DNA from: an uncultured Gemmatimonadales bacterium
GTDB lineage: Bacteria; Gemmatimonadota; Gemmatimonadetes; Gemmatimonadales; GWC2-71-9
Length of the DNA stretch: 64,000 bases
Direction: 5' to 3'
Assembly (NCBI GenBank): GCA_963795085.1
Contig: CAWCFX010000001.1
Span: forward strand, 1,280,001 to 1,344,000
The notes beneath the pieces are model-generated. The model saw only the letters and a list, made by a program, of their open reading frames with translations. It did not search any database and was not told where the DNA came from. Shown in pieces: positions 42,693 through 52,204 of this stretch (position 1 is its first letter; each line of letters opens with the position of its first letter). A program made the translations under genes and the position numbers.

Positions 42693-44410
42693 CTTTCAAT
42701 CGACTCGTGGTGTTCGCGGCGCTGCTCGCGGCCGGCACCGCCGGGTGCCGGCGGCCGGCCCCTGCGATCGAGAACAGGGTGTACCTCGAATCGGTCCGGG
42801 TGGCGGACCCGGCGCTGTTCTGGAACAGCGCGACGGTGTATTTCCTGCTGACCGATCGCTTTCACAACGGCAATCCCGCCAACGACACCGCCGCGGGCCG
42901 GGCCAAGGACGGGAGGCTGCTTCGGAACTTCGAGGGCGGGGACCTGGCCGGGGTGACCCTGAAGATCGAATCCGGCTATTTCGACAGCCTGGGGGTGGAC
43001 GCCATCTGGCTCACGCCTTTCGTGGAGCAGATCCACAGCAGCGTGGACGAGGGAACCGGCAAGACCTACGGCTACCATGGGTACTGGACCCGCGACTGGA
43101 CGGCAGTCGATCCGGCGCTGGGCACCAGGGACGACCTGCGGCGCATGGTGGACGCGGCCCACCAGCACGGGATCCGGGTGATCATGGACGCGGTGATCAA
43201 CCATACCGGGCCGCCCACCCCGCAGGACCCGGCGTGGCCGGATACCTGGGTGCGCACGGGGCCCAACTGCACGTACCGGGACTACGCCACGACCGTGGAC
43301 TGCACCCTGGTGGCCACCCTCCCCGATATCCGCACCGAACGCGATGAGCCGGTCGAGTTACCGCCGGCCCTGCTCGCCAGGTGGACCGCCGAAGGCCGGC
43401 ACGACCAGGAAGTGGCCGAGCTGGACGCGTTCTTCAAGCGTACGGGCCACCCCCGGGCGCCGCGGTTCTATGTCATCAAGTGGCTGACCGACTGGGTGCG
43501 GGAGTTCGGGTTCGACGGCTACCGGATCGATACCGCCAAGCACTTCGGCGAGACCGTGAGCGCAGAGCTCCGGCAGGAGGCGGTGGAGGCCCTGGCCGAC
43601 TGGCGCAAGGCGCACCCCGCCAAGGTGATCGACCAGCTGCCGTTCTACATGGTGGGCGAGGTGTACGGGTACGGCCTGGGCGGCGGGCGGGGCTACGACT
43701 TCGGGGACAAGCAGGTGGATTTCTTCGGGTTCGGCTATGACGGGCTGATCAACTTCGGGTTCAAGGCCGAGGCGGCCCAGCTTCTCGACAGCGTGTTCAC
43801 CCGGTATGCCGGCGTGCTGGACACTGATCTCCGCGGTGTGTCCATTCTCAATTACATCAGTTCCCACGACGACGGGTCGCCCTATGACCCGGAGCGGAAG
43901 GATCCCTTCGGGGCGGGAACCCGCCTGCTGCTGGCACCCGGCGGCGCCCAGGTGTACTACGGCGATGAACTGGCCCGGCCGCTGCGTATCGAGGGCGCCG
44001 ATGGCGATGCGAATCTCCGGTCCACCATGAACTGGGGAGACCTGGAGAAGGGCGGCATCACGGCCCAGGTGCTGGAGCACTGGCGGAAGGTGGGGCGGTT
44101 CCGGCAGGCACACCCGGCGATCGGCGCCGGCGACCATCACCTGATCCAGGCCGCACCATATGTCTTCAGCCGTACGCTCGCCAATCCGCAGACACCCGCC
44201 CCTGGCGGGCTGGCCGGCCGGGAGCCGCTGCTGGACCGGGTGGTGATCGGGATGGGGCAGGGGACCGGACCCAAGACGATTCCCGTCTCCGGCCAGTTCC
44301 CCGATGGATCGAGGGTCGTGGATGCCTACTCCGGCGTGCGCGGGACCGTGCGGGAGGGGCGGGTCGAGCTGTCCACCCCGTTTGACCTGGTCCTCCTGGA
44401 GATGGAGTAA
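42689..44410 (+). CDS. GH13 alpha-amylase-family lipoprotein
   Basis: Lipobox TAGC, VYFLLTDRF, GGDLAG, YGYHGYW, DAVINH, DGYRIDTAKH, VGEVY, SSHDD, YYGDE. Confidence 0.9.
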   Translation: MTFNRLVVFAALLAAGTAGCRRPAPAIENRVYLESVRVADPALFWNSATVYFLLTDRFHNGNPANDTAAGRAKDGRLLRNFEGGDLAGVTLKIESGYFDSLGVDAIWLTPFVEQIHSSVDEGTGKTYGYHGYWTRDWTAVDPALGTRDDLRRMVDAAHQHGIRVIMDAVINHTGPPTPQDPAWPDTWVRTGPNCTYRDYATTVDCTLVATLPDIRTERDEPVELPPALLARWTAEGRHDQEVAELDAFFKRTGHPRAPRFYVIKWLTDWVREFGFDGYRIDTAKHFGETVSAELRQEAVEALADWRKAHPAKVIDQLPFYMVGEVYGYGLGGGRGYDFGDKQVDFFGFGYDGLINFGFKAEAAQLLDSVFTRYAGVLDTDLRGVSILNYISSHDDGSPYDPERKDPFGAGTRLLLAPGGAQVYYGDELARPLRIEGADGDANLRSTMNWGDLEKGGITAQVLEHWRKVGRFRQAHPAIGAGDHHLIQAAPYVFSRTLANPQTPAPGGLAGREPLLDRVVIGMGQGTGPKTIPVSGQFPDGSRVVDAYSGVRGTVREGRVELSTPFDLVLLEME

Positions 44411-44442
44411 CGGGAGGGGAAAATAGGAAAGACCGCAAACAG

Positions 44443-44499
44443 GTTCACCGCGGAGACGCATCCCTGCGAGTCCCGGAGCGCCCCGCGCCTTCGGTGAAC
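44443..44499. repeat. Degenerate REP-like hairpin between convergent genes
   Basis: GTTCACCG (44443-50) / CGGTGAAC (44492-99). The left arm TCACCGCGGAGACGC resembles the TCACCACGGAGTCAC arms at 27.3-27.7 kb. Confidence 0.45.
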
Positions 44500-44524
44500 G
44501 TTCCGCGCACTCATCCCACTGCCT

Positions 44525-47500
44525 TCACTCCTTCACATAGATACGGGCAGTCCGCGCCGGCACCCGCAGCCGGAGCTTGCCGTTGGACGTCGCGAGACTG
44601 CCGCCCGCCGGGTAGGCCATCCGGTACCGCCCGCTGGCGTCAACGGCCACGTCCTGCCGGCTCTCCGAGTTATTGAAAACCACGACGGCGCGCTGGTCGC
44701 CGAGAACCCGCTCGTAGGCCCCAACGCTCCGGGCATCGTCGGTCATCAGCCAGCGAACCGACCCGTCCACCATCAGGCGGAGATTGTTTTTCCGGAGCGC
44801 GATCAGTTCCTGGTAGATCCGGAAGAGGGCGGTGTCCGGGGTGACCCGGTCCCGTTTGCGGGGCCGGGCCAGCACGTGCGCGGTCTCGTCGTCGTACCGG
44901 AGGTCGGCCCAGACCAGGGGTTTCCGCATGTCAGGGTCGTCGGCTCCCCACATGCCTACTTCGTCCCCGTTCCATATATGCGGCGCTCCCACCCAGGTGA
45001 ATTGCTGGACCAGGATCATCTCCTGGGTCACCCGGGTTTCGGCGTCGGGTCGGTCGATCCGGTAGTTGGGATCCTCCTGGGGCCGGTTGTGATACTTGAA
45101 CTTGCCGGGGTTATAGATCGACGTGGCGAACCGCGGCGTATCGTGCGAGGCCGTCAGGTTCATCATCGCCCGCTGGTGCGATGAGTCCATGTCGGCGCCC
45201 AGGGAGTCCAGGACGGCCGCATACCCGCCGGGCGTGAGCCGGGGCTCGGTCCGGGCAAAGAAACCGCGGGTGGGCAAGTACCAGCGGTAGTTCATGACCG
45301 CGTCGAACACGTCTCCCTGGAGCCAGGGGCGCGGGTCGTAGATCTTGTCCGGCCATTCCTCGAACCATATCTCGCCCACCAGGTAGGCCTCCGGATTGAT
45401 GCCGCGGACGAATCGCCGGTAGTCCCGCCAGAATCCCAGCGGCACCATCTCGGCCACGTCGAGCCGGAACCCGTCGATCCCGTCGGAAGGATCCCCATCG
45501 CCGTTGGGATCGAGCCAGCGGCGGGTGACGTTGAAGACCAGGTCCCGCACGCCAGGCACCAGGTTGCCCTCGATGGGACCGTGGGTCTTCCCTTCGGGGC
45601 GGCCCACCTTCTTCAACTCCGGCAGCCAGGGGACGCCGGCCCACCCGCGGTACGCGAACTCGCTGGTGTCGGGCGTCGCGGGATCGTCGAAGCGCTGGAT
45701 CTCGTACCAGCCGGCGTAGGGTGAGGCCGCCTGGCGCCGGAGCACGTCCTGCCAGGCCCAGAAAGTGATTCCGGTGTGATTCCAGGAATAATCGACGATC
45801 AGTTTCATGCCCCGGCGGTGCACCTCGCTCACCAGGGCCAGGAAGAGGCTGTCCGCCGCCGTCCAGGTCCAGGTGGCGGGGTTGTCCGGGTCTTCCGCCG
45901 CCATCCGGGCCTCGTCTCCCCGGGGGTCGGGTCCGAAGTTCCGGTCGATATGGCGGTAGTTGCGCGCGTCGAACTTGTGCAGCGACGGGGCGTCGTTGAG
46001 GGGATTGAAGTAGAGCGCGGTGACGCCCAGGCCCTGCAGATAGTCGAGCCGGTCCAGCACGCCCTGGAGATCGCCGCCATAGCGCCGGAACTGGATAGAC
46101 TGGTCGAAGGTCTTGCCCGCCGCGCGGGCCCAGGGCTCGACCGCGTACCAGTCGTGGGACCAGGGCGCCGGTTGCCATCCCGGGGGGGCCGGCTGGTCGG
46201 TGAACCCGATGATGTCGTGAGCGGTAGGATCGTTGGCCGGGTCCCCATTGCGAAAACGCTCGACGAAGATCTGGTACCAGATGGCGTCCTGCGACCAGGC
46301 CGGCACGCCCAGGTTCACCGCGGTCTCCGGCTGGCCATAGAGAAACAGCAGGATGTCGTCGAGCCGCCCCCGCCAGGATGCCTCGCTGTGGGTTGCACCC
46401 TCGTAGCGCCGGATCACGAAGTCACGGCCTTCGCCGCGCCCCTGGGCCAGCAGCCAGGCCCGGACCGAGTCATGGGTAGGACCATACTCGGCGTCGAGCC
46501 CAACGGTGCCATAGTCGAACCAGTACCGGGCCCCCGCGGGCGCACGCAACCCGCCCCGGATGTCCCGGATGATGTACGGCGTCGAGTCCGGGATCGCCGG
46601 CATCGTGCTGTCCCGGAAAACCCGGGCGACCACCGCTTCCGACAGCGGAAAATGGGTCGAGACGCAGCCGCAGGCGCCGAAGGTCTCCGGATGACGGGTG
46701 ACGAGGTAGAATGACAGCAGGCCGCCCATGGACGATCCCATGACGGCGGTGTGCTCCGGCCCGGTGCGGGTTCGAAACTCCCGGTTTACCCGCGGCATGA
46801 GTTCTTCGGTGAGAAACCTGGCATAGTCAGGCGCCCGTCCCCAGGGCGAATACTCCGGCCCCCGCTCGCCGCTGCTCCAGACCCCGACCACGATCACCGG
46901 CGCGATCAGCCCCCGCTCCACCAGCCGCACCACCGACTCATCGACTCCCCAGTCCACCCCCGTATTGGCGATGCGAGGGTCGAAGAGGTTCTGCCCGTCG
47001 TGCATGTAGAGCACGGGATACCGGGTGGTCGAGGAACTGTCGTAGCCCGGTGGCAGCCAGATCTCGACATGCCGGGTGGGCCCCAGGTGGGCCGAGCGCA
47101 CGTCGGTCCAGTAGATGAGCCTGCCCCGGACCCCGGACCCCTGCCAGTCGGCGATGTGGCCGCGGATCGCCGCCGCCGCGGCGGCCTCAGCCTCCCGGCG
47201 CTGGGCGCCGGTCAGTGCGCGCTTGAACGCCGGGACCTCGTGGCTCACCGAGGTATCCCGGTTGACCTGGAGCTGGAAGTTGGGCGGTGTCGCACCGGTC
47301 GCGGTCTGGGCCTCGCGCTCCCAGGACCCGAGCGTGAACTTGTACTCGAAGGCGTAGCCCGGGCTCACCCGGATCCGGGCGGTCCGTTCCCGTCCCCGGC
47401 CCGACATCGCGAGCCCATCGGCGTTCCAGGGACCGAACTGGTCGAGGCTCCCCGTGATATACACCGTGCCGGTGCCAGCGGGGACCCGGACCCGGATGGT

Positions 47501-47620
47501 GGCGGTGCAGCAGGCCGCGTCCTGCTGCAGGGCACGCGCACCGGGCGCCACAGCCAGCAGCGCGCTGAAAATGAGGGGGAAAAGCAGGAGTCGCTCCTTG
47601 CCGATAGTGAACTCGAACAA
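44525..47620 (-). CDS. Secreted tri-domain CBM20-like + alpha/beta-hydrolase (esterase) + GH13 neopullulanase/cyclomaltodextrinase-like protein
   Basis: VYITGSLDQFGPWN...FEYKFTLGSWE (CBM20-like); IWLPPGY, YPVLYMHDGQNLFD, GSSMGG, GATHSEASW (esterase); WYQIFVERF, GGDLQG, DGFRLDVAE, GEIW, ASHDTPR (GH13). Confidence 0.88.
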   Translation of the reverse strand: MFEFTIGKERLLLFPLIFSALLAVAPGARALQQDAACCTATIRVRVPAGTGTVYITGSLDQFGPWNADGLAMSGRGRERTARIRVSPGYAFEYKFTLGSWEREAQTATGATPPNFQLQVNRDTSVSHEVPAFKRALTGAQRREAEAAAAAAIRGHIADWQGSGVRGRLIYWTDVRSAHLGPTRHVEIWLPPGYDSSSTTRYPVLYMHDGQNLFDPRIANTGVDWGVDESVVRLVERGLIAPVIVVGVWSSGERGPEYSPWGRAPDYARFLTEELMPRVNREFRTRTGPEHTAVMGSSMGGLLSFYLVTRHPETFGACGCVSTHFPLSEAVVARVFRDSTMPAIPDSTPYIIRDIRGGLRAPAGARYWFDYGTVGLDAEYGPTHDSVRAWLLAQGRGEGRDFVIRRYEGATHSEASWRGRLDDILLFLYGQPETAVNLGVPAWSQDAIWYQIFVERFRNGDPANDPTAHDIIGFTDQPAPPGWQPAPWSHDWYAVEPWARAAGKTFDQSIQFRRYGGDLQGVLDRLDYLQGLGVTALYFNPLNDAPSLHKFDARNYRHIDRNFGPDPRGDEARMAAEDPDNPATWTWTAADSLFLALVSEVHRRGMKLIVDYSWNHTGITFWAWQDVLRRQAASPYAGWYEIQRFDDPATPDTSEFAYRGWAGVPWLPELKKVGRPEGKTHGPIEGNLVPGVRDLVFNVTRRWLDPNGDGDPSDGIDGFRLDVAEMVPLGFWRDYRRFVRGINPEAYLVGEIWFEEWPDKIYDPRPWLQGDVFDAVMNYRWYLPTRGFFARTEPRLTPGGYAAVLDSLGADMDSSHQRAMMNLTASHDTPRFATSIYNPGKFKYHNRPQEDPNYRIDRPDAETRVTQEMILVQQFTWVGAPHIWNGDEVGMWGADDPDMRKPLVWADLRYDDETAHVLARPRKRDRVTPDTALFRIYQELIALRKNNLRLMVDGSVRWLMTDDARSVGAYERVLGDQRAVVVFNNSESRQDVAVDASGRYRMAYPAGGSLATSNGKLRLRVPARTARIYVKE

Positions 47621-47677
47621 TGGCGAGGTTAATCGCCTTTCAGGTCAGGCGTCGAGGTGCTCACTCGTGGCACGACC

Positions 47678-48259
47678 TCAGGGCGCGATCATCTTGGGGG
47701 CGTGCTCGTGAAACGTGTAGGCCCGGTTCGGGCAGCTGACGCTGGGATTGGTGGGACTGAAGGGACCGGCCGGATTGGACTTCCAGAGCCATACGTGGAG
47801 GTCCCAGTGGTGAAATTCGGGCGGCATGATGGGGTGGTGGCCCTCCATGGGACCGTCAAATCCCCGGCCAAACATCCTGGGCTGGTCCTTCTGGACCTTG
47901 GTCGGGACAAACCACTCGGCGGCGACCAGGCGGAGGCTGTCCCCAACCGGCTCGTAAATAAGGACCTGGGGCCGGAGAGAATCCAGCGGCTGGCCGATCA
48001 GGCCGGGATTCAGGAAGTGCACGCCCATGCCGCCGGCAGGATAGGACATCCGGCCGGCGCTGCCGGCCTCGGGAAATGCAACGCAGGCCAGGGTGGAAAA
48101 ATACCCGTCGTGGACGGCCATGATGGGGTCCTGGTACCGGGACAGCGCAGTCTTGATACCCTCCATGCCGGGCGTGGTGGCGGAGCCCCGGTCGGCCTGA
48201 GCAGCCAGCGGGGCCGCGGCGAGGAGACCAAGCAGGGCGAGAGGCAGGCGGCGAATCAT
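47678..48259 (-). CDS. Secreted conserved hypothetical protein (His/Met/Cys-rich)
   Basis: Signal peptide; GGMGVHFLN, PQVLIYEP, GPMEGHH, WDLHVWLWKSNPAGPF...NPSVSC. Confidence 0.75.
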   Translation of the reverse strand: MIRRLPLALLGLLAAAPLAAQADRGSATTPGMEGIKTALSRYQDPIMAVHDGYFSTLACVAFPEAGSAGRMSYPAGGMGVHFLNPGLIGQPLDSLRPQVLIYEPVGDSLRLVAAEWFVPTKVQKDQPRMFGRGFDGPMEGHHPIMPPEFHHWDLHVWLWKSNPAGPFSPTNPSVSCPNRAYTFHEHAPKMIAP

Positions 48260-48341
48260 GGCGTCTCCACGGGTCTAGAGGTGAATGGGCACCTGGGTTG
48301 GCCCATAATTGTCACTCCGCGAGCGGATGTCAAACTCCGGC

Positions 48342-48692
48342 CTAGAGAACCCGCCGGGGCTGGGCGGTAGCGGGATCGCCGGTGTTGGGTGTCCCGGTGG
48401 GCTCCATCAGGAGAATATGGGTTTCCTCCTCGGCGACGGGCCGGTGGTCCACCCCCGCGGGAACGACGAATACCTCGCCCGGGCCCAGTTCGACCACGCG
48501 GTCCCGGAGTTCGATGCGGAGCCGCCCCTTGAGGACCATGAAGAAATCATCGGTGTCCGGGTGGCTGTGCCAGATGAACTCGCCCTTGACCTTGACCACC
48601 ATGATATCGTGGCCGTTGAACTGCCCGATGGTCCGGGGGGCCCAATGGTCGGAGAAACCGGCGAGCTTGCTGGCGAGATTGATGGACGTCAT
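48342..48692 (-). CDS. Cupin domain protein
   Basis: GEFIWHSHPDTDDFF...VVPAGVDHRP. Confidence 0.88.
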   Translation of the reverse strand: MTSINLASKLAGFSDHWAPRTIGQFNGHDIMVVKVKGEFIWHSHPDTDDFFMVLKGRLRIELRDRVVELGPGEVFVVPAGVDHRPVAEEETHILLMEPTGTPNTGDPATAQPRRVL

Positions 48693-48743
48693 GATCTTGC
48701 TCCGGCAGCGGCGGGTAGGGCAATCGCGGTGGCGGTCGGTCGC

Positions 48744-48902
48744 CTAGAGGTATTCGGAACCTACCCGGCGGGCTACATAGATGCCCAGCCCGGTGCCAAC
48801 CGCGCTCAACACGACCGCGGTCATGATGCCGACGAAGGCGCCCAGCCACCAGCCGGCAGCCCCGCCCATGGTGGCACCGACCAGCCAAAGCAGTTTGGTC
48901 AC
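48744..48902 (-). CDS. Small glycine-zipper membrane protein
   Basis: LVGATMGGAAGWWLG...LSAVGTGLGIYVARR; GTG start assumed. Confidence 0.6.
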   Translation of the reverse strand: MTKLLWLVGATMGGAAGWWLGAFVGIMTAVVLSAVGTGLGIYVARRVGSEYL

Positions 48903-49066
48903 AACGAGATACCGCCGCCACCGGCGCGAGGCCCGGGGTCGGCAGGCACCCAACAGCTTCCTCGCGTCGGAGACCGGACAGAATCACACTTTCGGGGACC
49001 AGGGCGGGAAGGCACCGGAGGAATCTCGTGCCAGGCAAGGCGGGGGGCAAGCGTGGCCGGCGGGTC

Positions 49067-50407
49067 TCAGCGGGCGGCGTTCGCGACCTCTTCCAGTAGG
49101 GCGTCAAGGTCTGACCGGTCGAGGAACCGGCCTCGGAGGATGACGGCAGACACGTTGCGAACGGCACCAATGTCGTCCAGAGGGTTCGCGCCGAGCAGCA
49201 CGAGGTCCGCCAGCTTCCCGGGCTGGATGGACCCCATTGAATCGGTGGCGCCCAGGAAGATCGCGGCGTTGAGTGTCGCTGTGCGGAGGGCGTCGAGGGC
49301 CGGCAGCCCGGCAGCGGCGAGAAGCGCCATCTCCTCATGCAGGCTGGAACCGGGATAGGAGAATGGCACTCCGGCATCCGACCCAGCCAGCAGGGGAATC
49401 CCGGCCCGGAAGAGCGTGCCGGCCAGCCAGGCCACTTCCTGGTACCGCTCCCGCTTTGCGGTGAAATAGTCGGGCCCGCGGGCCAGCCGCTGGGTGCGGC
49501 TGGTGAGCCAGGCTTCGCGGAGGGCGGCGGGAATGTAGCCGAGACGTGGGTCCATCGCGAGGCTGGAATCGTCGGCGAAAGCTTTCAGCCGGGCCACGGC
49601 CAACGTGGGCACCTGCCAGGTATGCTGCTGCCGGAATGTTTCCATCACGGCAGCGCAGGCCGCCGGGTCGGCCGGAAGACAATACGGTTCGATTTCCTCC
49701 CGCAGGTGTTCGATACTCCGCTGCCCCGCCCGAGCTGCTTCTTCTACCGTGATATCGCCTGGCACATGGCCCGCCACCGACACGCCCACCCTGCTCGCCG
49801 CGTCGAGGACGGCGAAGTAGGCCTCGCGGGAGAGGAGCGTATAGACCTTGATGAAATCGGCCCCGCCGGCCACGAGGGAGTCCACCGCCCTGCGGGCGGC
49901 GGCGGAGTCTCCGATGGCCACCGAGATGTCGGGGTCCACCGGGTGGGCGCCATCCAGCATGGGACCGGCCGCGTAAACCCGGGGCACGCGAGTGGATCCC
50001 GCACGCAGTGAATCGCGGACCGCCTGGAGCACTTCGAGCGTCCCGCCCATGTCGCGGATGCCGGTAACCCCATAGGCGACATAGGCCGGAAGAAAGGTGG
50101 CGATGGCGTCCCCGCTCCACAGGGCATGGGCGTGCATATCCCACAGCCCCGGAATGAGGTACTGGCCGCGCCCGTCAACCCGGCGCGCACCGGGCCCCGG
50201 CGGCATGTCGGCGGGACGGCCCACGGCGACAATGCGATCCTCCCGTATGCCGACCCACGCGTGGCGCCGTAATTCGCCCGCGATGACGTCAACGACGGTA
50301 ATGTCTTCGATGACGAGCGTGAGGGCGGGAGCAGAAGGGGTAGAAGTGGCGCAGGCTCCCAGCGCGACGGCCGCAAGGAGCCAGGCAGGGCCTGCAAAGG
50401 CGGGCAT
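49067..50407 (-). CDS. Metal-dependent amidohydrolase-family lipoprotein
   Basis: Lipobox LGAC, PGLWDMHAH, GADFIKVY, VAGH, SIEH, LAGSDAG, GKLADLVLL. Confidence 0.9.
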   Translation of the reverse strand: MPAFAGPAWLLAAVALGACATSTPSAPALTLVIEDITVVDVIAGELRRHAWVGIREDRIVAVGRPADMPPGPGARRVDGRGQYLIPGLWDMHAHALWSGDAIATFLPAYVAYGVTGIRDMGGTLEVLQAVRDSLRAGSTRVPRVYAAGPMLDGAHPVDPDISVAIGDSAAARRAVDSLVAGGADFIKVYTLLSREAYFAVLDAASRVGVSVAGHVPGDITVEEAARAGQRSIEHLREEIEPYCLPADPAACAAVMETFRQQHTWQVPTLAVARLKAFADDSSLAMDPRLGYIPAALREAWLTSRTQRLARGPDYFTAKRERYQEVAWLAGTLFRAGIPLLAGSDAGVPFSYPGSSLHEEMALLAAAGLPALDALRTATLNAAIFLGATDSMGSIQPGKLADLVLLGANPLDDIGAVRNVSAVILRGRFLDRSDLDALLEEVANAAR

Positions 50408-50408
50408 C

Positions 50409-50867
50409 CTAGCGAGGATACTCCCTCCACCGCTCGGTACGAATCAGGGTCCCCACCGCGGCGCCCAGCAGCGCGCCGCCCGCCACGAAGGCGCCCCGAT
50501 AGTACCAGCAGATCTCATCGTAGTTTCCGGAGCCGCTGCAGGCATTGCTGTCGGGACTCAGCAGGATCAGACCGGCGCCGAGCCCGACCCCGGCCCCGAC
50601 CAGGGTGCCGAGCAGGGTGTGTCGGCGCCGCCCGGCGGACACCTCGAGCCTGCTGACCAGTTCCACCGGGACCGTCCGTCGGATGCCTTTGAACTCAAAG
50701 GCCAGCGTATCGGAATCGAGCGACCGGAAAACCCCGGCCTCGCGGTGGATCAAGGGAGGTGCCGTCACCCGGATGCGCTGCCCGGGCACCGGCGCCTGCG
50801 CGCCGGCGGAGGCCGGCAGGGCGGCCAGTCCAAGCAGCAGGATCAACAGGCCTCGGGAACTCGTCAC
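50409..50867 (-). CDS. Hypothetical exported protein with glycine-rich hydrophobic segments
   Basis: Signal peptide, two GxxxG-rich segments and a Cys pair; GGAGG RBS. Confidence 0.65.
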   Translation of the reverse strand: MTSSRGLLILLLGLAALPASAGAQAPVPGQRIRVTAPPLIHREAGVFRSLDSDTLAFEFKGIRRTVPVELVSRLEVSAGRRRHTLLGTLVGAGVGLGAGLILLSPDSNACSGSGNYDEICWYYRGAFVAGGALLGAAVGTLIRTERWREYPR

Positions 50868-50887
50868 GCTGCCTCCCTGGGAGTGAC

Positions 50888-51316
50888 CTACCTAATGTCG
50901 AGTGTAAAGTAGTGCGCCTGAAGGATCATGCCCTTCCGCTGGTAGAAGCGGTGGGCGTCGGTCCGGGTCACGTTGGACACCAGGCGAAGATGGTCACATG
51001 CCGCCCGCTTGCCATGGGCTACCAGCCAGTCGAAGAGTTCCCCGCCATATCCGCCGGAGCGATGTCCGGACCCGGTCACCAGGTCTTCGATCTCCAGGTA
51101 CTTGCCGTGGGCCAACCACTCCGAGATGCGGAAACCCGCGACGGCGACGACCGACCCATCGAGAAGATAGGCGAGCCGGAACCCGGTGAGGCCTTCCAGC
51201 CGGCGGCACAGCGGAACGAACTCTCCCTGGACCAGCTGAGGCCGGAGCTCGGCCATGACGGGATAGCAGGCCTGGATCTCGAGGTCGGTTTCGGCCAGCG
51301 CGATCTGCCCGCTCAT
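50888..51316 (-). CDS. GNAT N-acetyltransferase
   Basis: VMAELRP, IEDLVT...RSGGYG, AHRFY. Confidence 0.85.
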   Translation of the reverse strand: MSGQIALAETDLEIQACYPVMAELRPQLVQGEFVPLCRRLEGLTGFRLAYLLDGSVVAVAGFRISEWLAHGKYLEIEDLVTGSGHRSGGYGGELFDWLVAHGKRAACDHLRLVSNVTRTDAHRFYQRKGMILQAHYFTLDIR

Positions 51317-51792
51317 GCAGGGGCTCCGGCCGGGGGGGCAGGCATGTCCGCCCGGTCCCGCATCGTCATGATAGTGGAGACCAGCACGGCGACGGCGCGC
51401 TCGGTGCCATCCCCCGCCAACCCCACGACTTCGGCCTGGCACACGCTCAGGGTGCGCCCGGCGCGGATGACGCGGCCCCGGGCCAGCAGCGCCTCTCCCG
51501 TTGCCGGCGCCATGAGGTTGATCTTGAATTCGACCGTCAGGACGCTGGCATCGGCAGGCATGAGGGAGTACGCCGCGTACCCGCAGGCGCTGTCGGCGAT
51601 AGCAGCCACCGCCGCGGCGTGAACATACCCGTGTTGCTGGGTCAGGTCCCTCCGCATCGGCAACCGGATGTCGACGGCGCCGGCCTCGATGCGCACCAGC
51701 AGCGCCCCGATGGTGGCCATGAACGCCTGGCGTCCAAAGCTCGCGCGAACGCGCTCCTCGAATCCCGAATCAGGAACCACGTTCGGAGTCAT
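51313..51792 (-). CDS. PaaI-family thioesterase
   Basis: QQHGYVHA...IADSACGYAA, LTVEFKINLMAPA, VIRAGRTL. Confidence 0.9.
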   Translation of the reverse strand: MTPNVVPDSGFEERVRASFGRQAFMATIGALLVRIEAGAVDIRLPMRRDLTQQHGYVHAAAVAAIADSACGYAAYSLMPADASVLTVEFKINLMAPATGEALLARGRVIRAGRTLSVCQAEVVGLAGDGTERAVAVLVSTIMTMRDRADMPAPPAGAPA

Positions 51793-52181
51793 TGGACTGG
51801 CCTTTCCACCAGGTCCCACCGGTTGCCATACAGGTCCCGGAATACCGCCACCATGCCGTACGGCTCCATCCGGGGCGGCTCGTCGAACGCCACTCCGCGC
51901 CCGGCCAGGACGGCGACGTCCCCGGCAAAGTCGTCGGTGTGGAGAAAGAACGCCACCCGGCCGCCGGCCTGGTGTCCCACCTGTGCCCGCTGCTCCGGGG
52001 TCGCTGCCCGGGCCAGGATGACGCCGGTGCCGCCCCCGGGTGGCGCGACCAGGATCCAGCGCTTGTCGCCGGACAGGGGAGTATTCTCGACCAGGGTGAA
52101 TCCCAGCACCCGGGTGAAGTAGTCAATGGCCGGGGTGTAGTCGAGGACCAGGACGGTGACCTGGGCGAGGCGCAGAGACAT
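51789..52181 (-). CDS. VOC / glyoxalase-family protein
   Basis: AIDYFTRVLGF, KRWILVAP, FLHTDDF, YGMVAVFRDLYGNRWDL. Confidence 0.9.
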   Translation of the reverse strand: MSLRLAQVTVLVLDYTPAIDYFTRVLGFTLVENTPLSGDKRWILVAPPGGGTGVILARAATPEQRAQVGHQAGGRVAFFLHTDDFAGDVAVLAGRGVAFDEPPRMEPYGMVAVFRDLYGNRWDLVERPVQ

Positions 52182-52204
52182 CAGGGCTCCGACGGAATCA
52201 AGGC

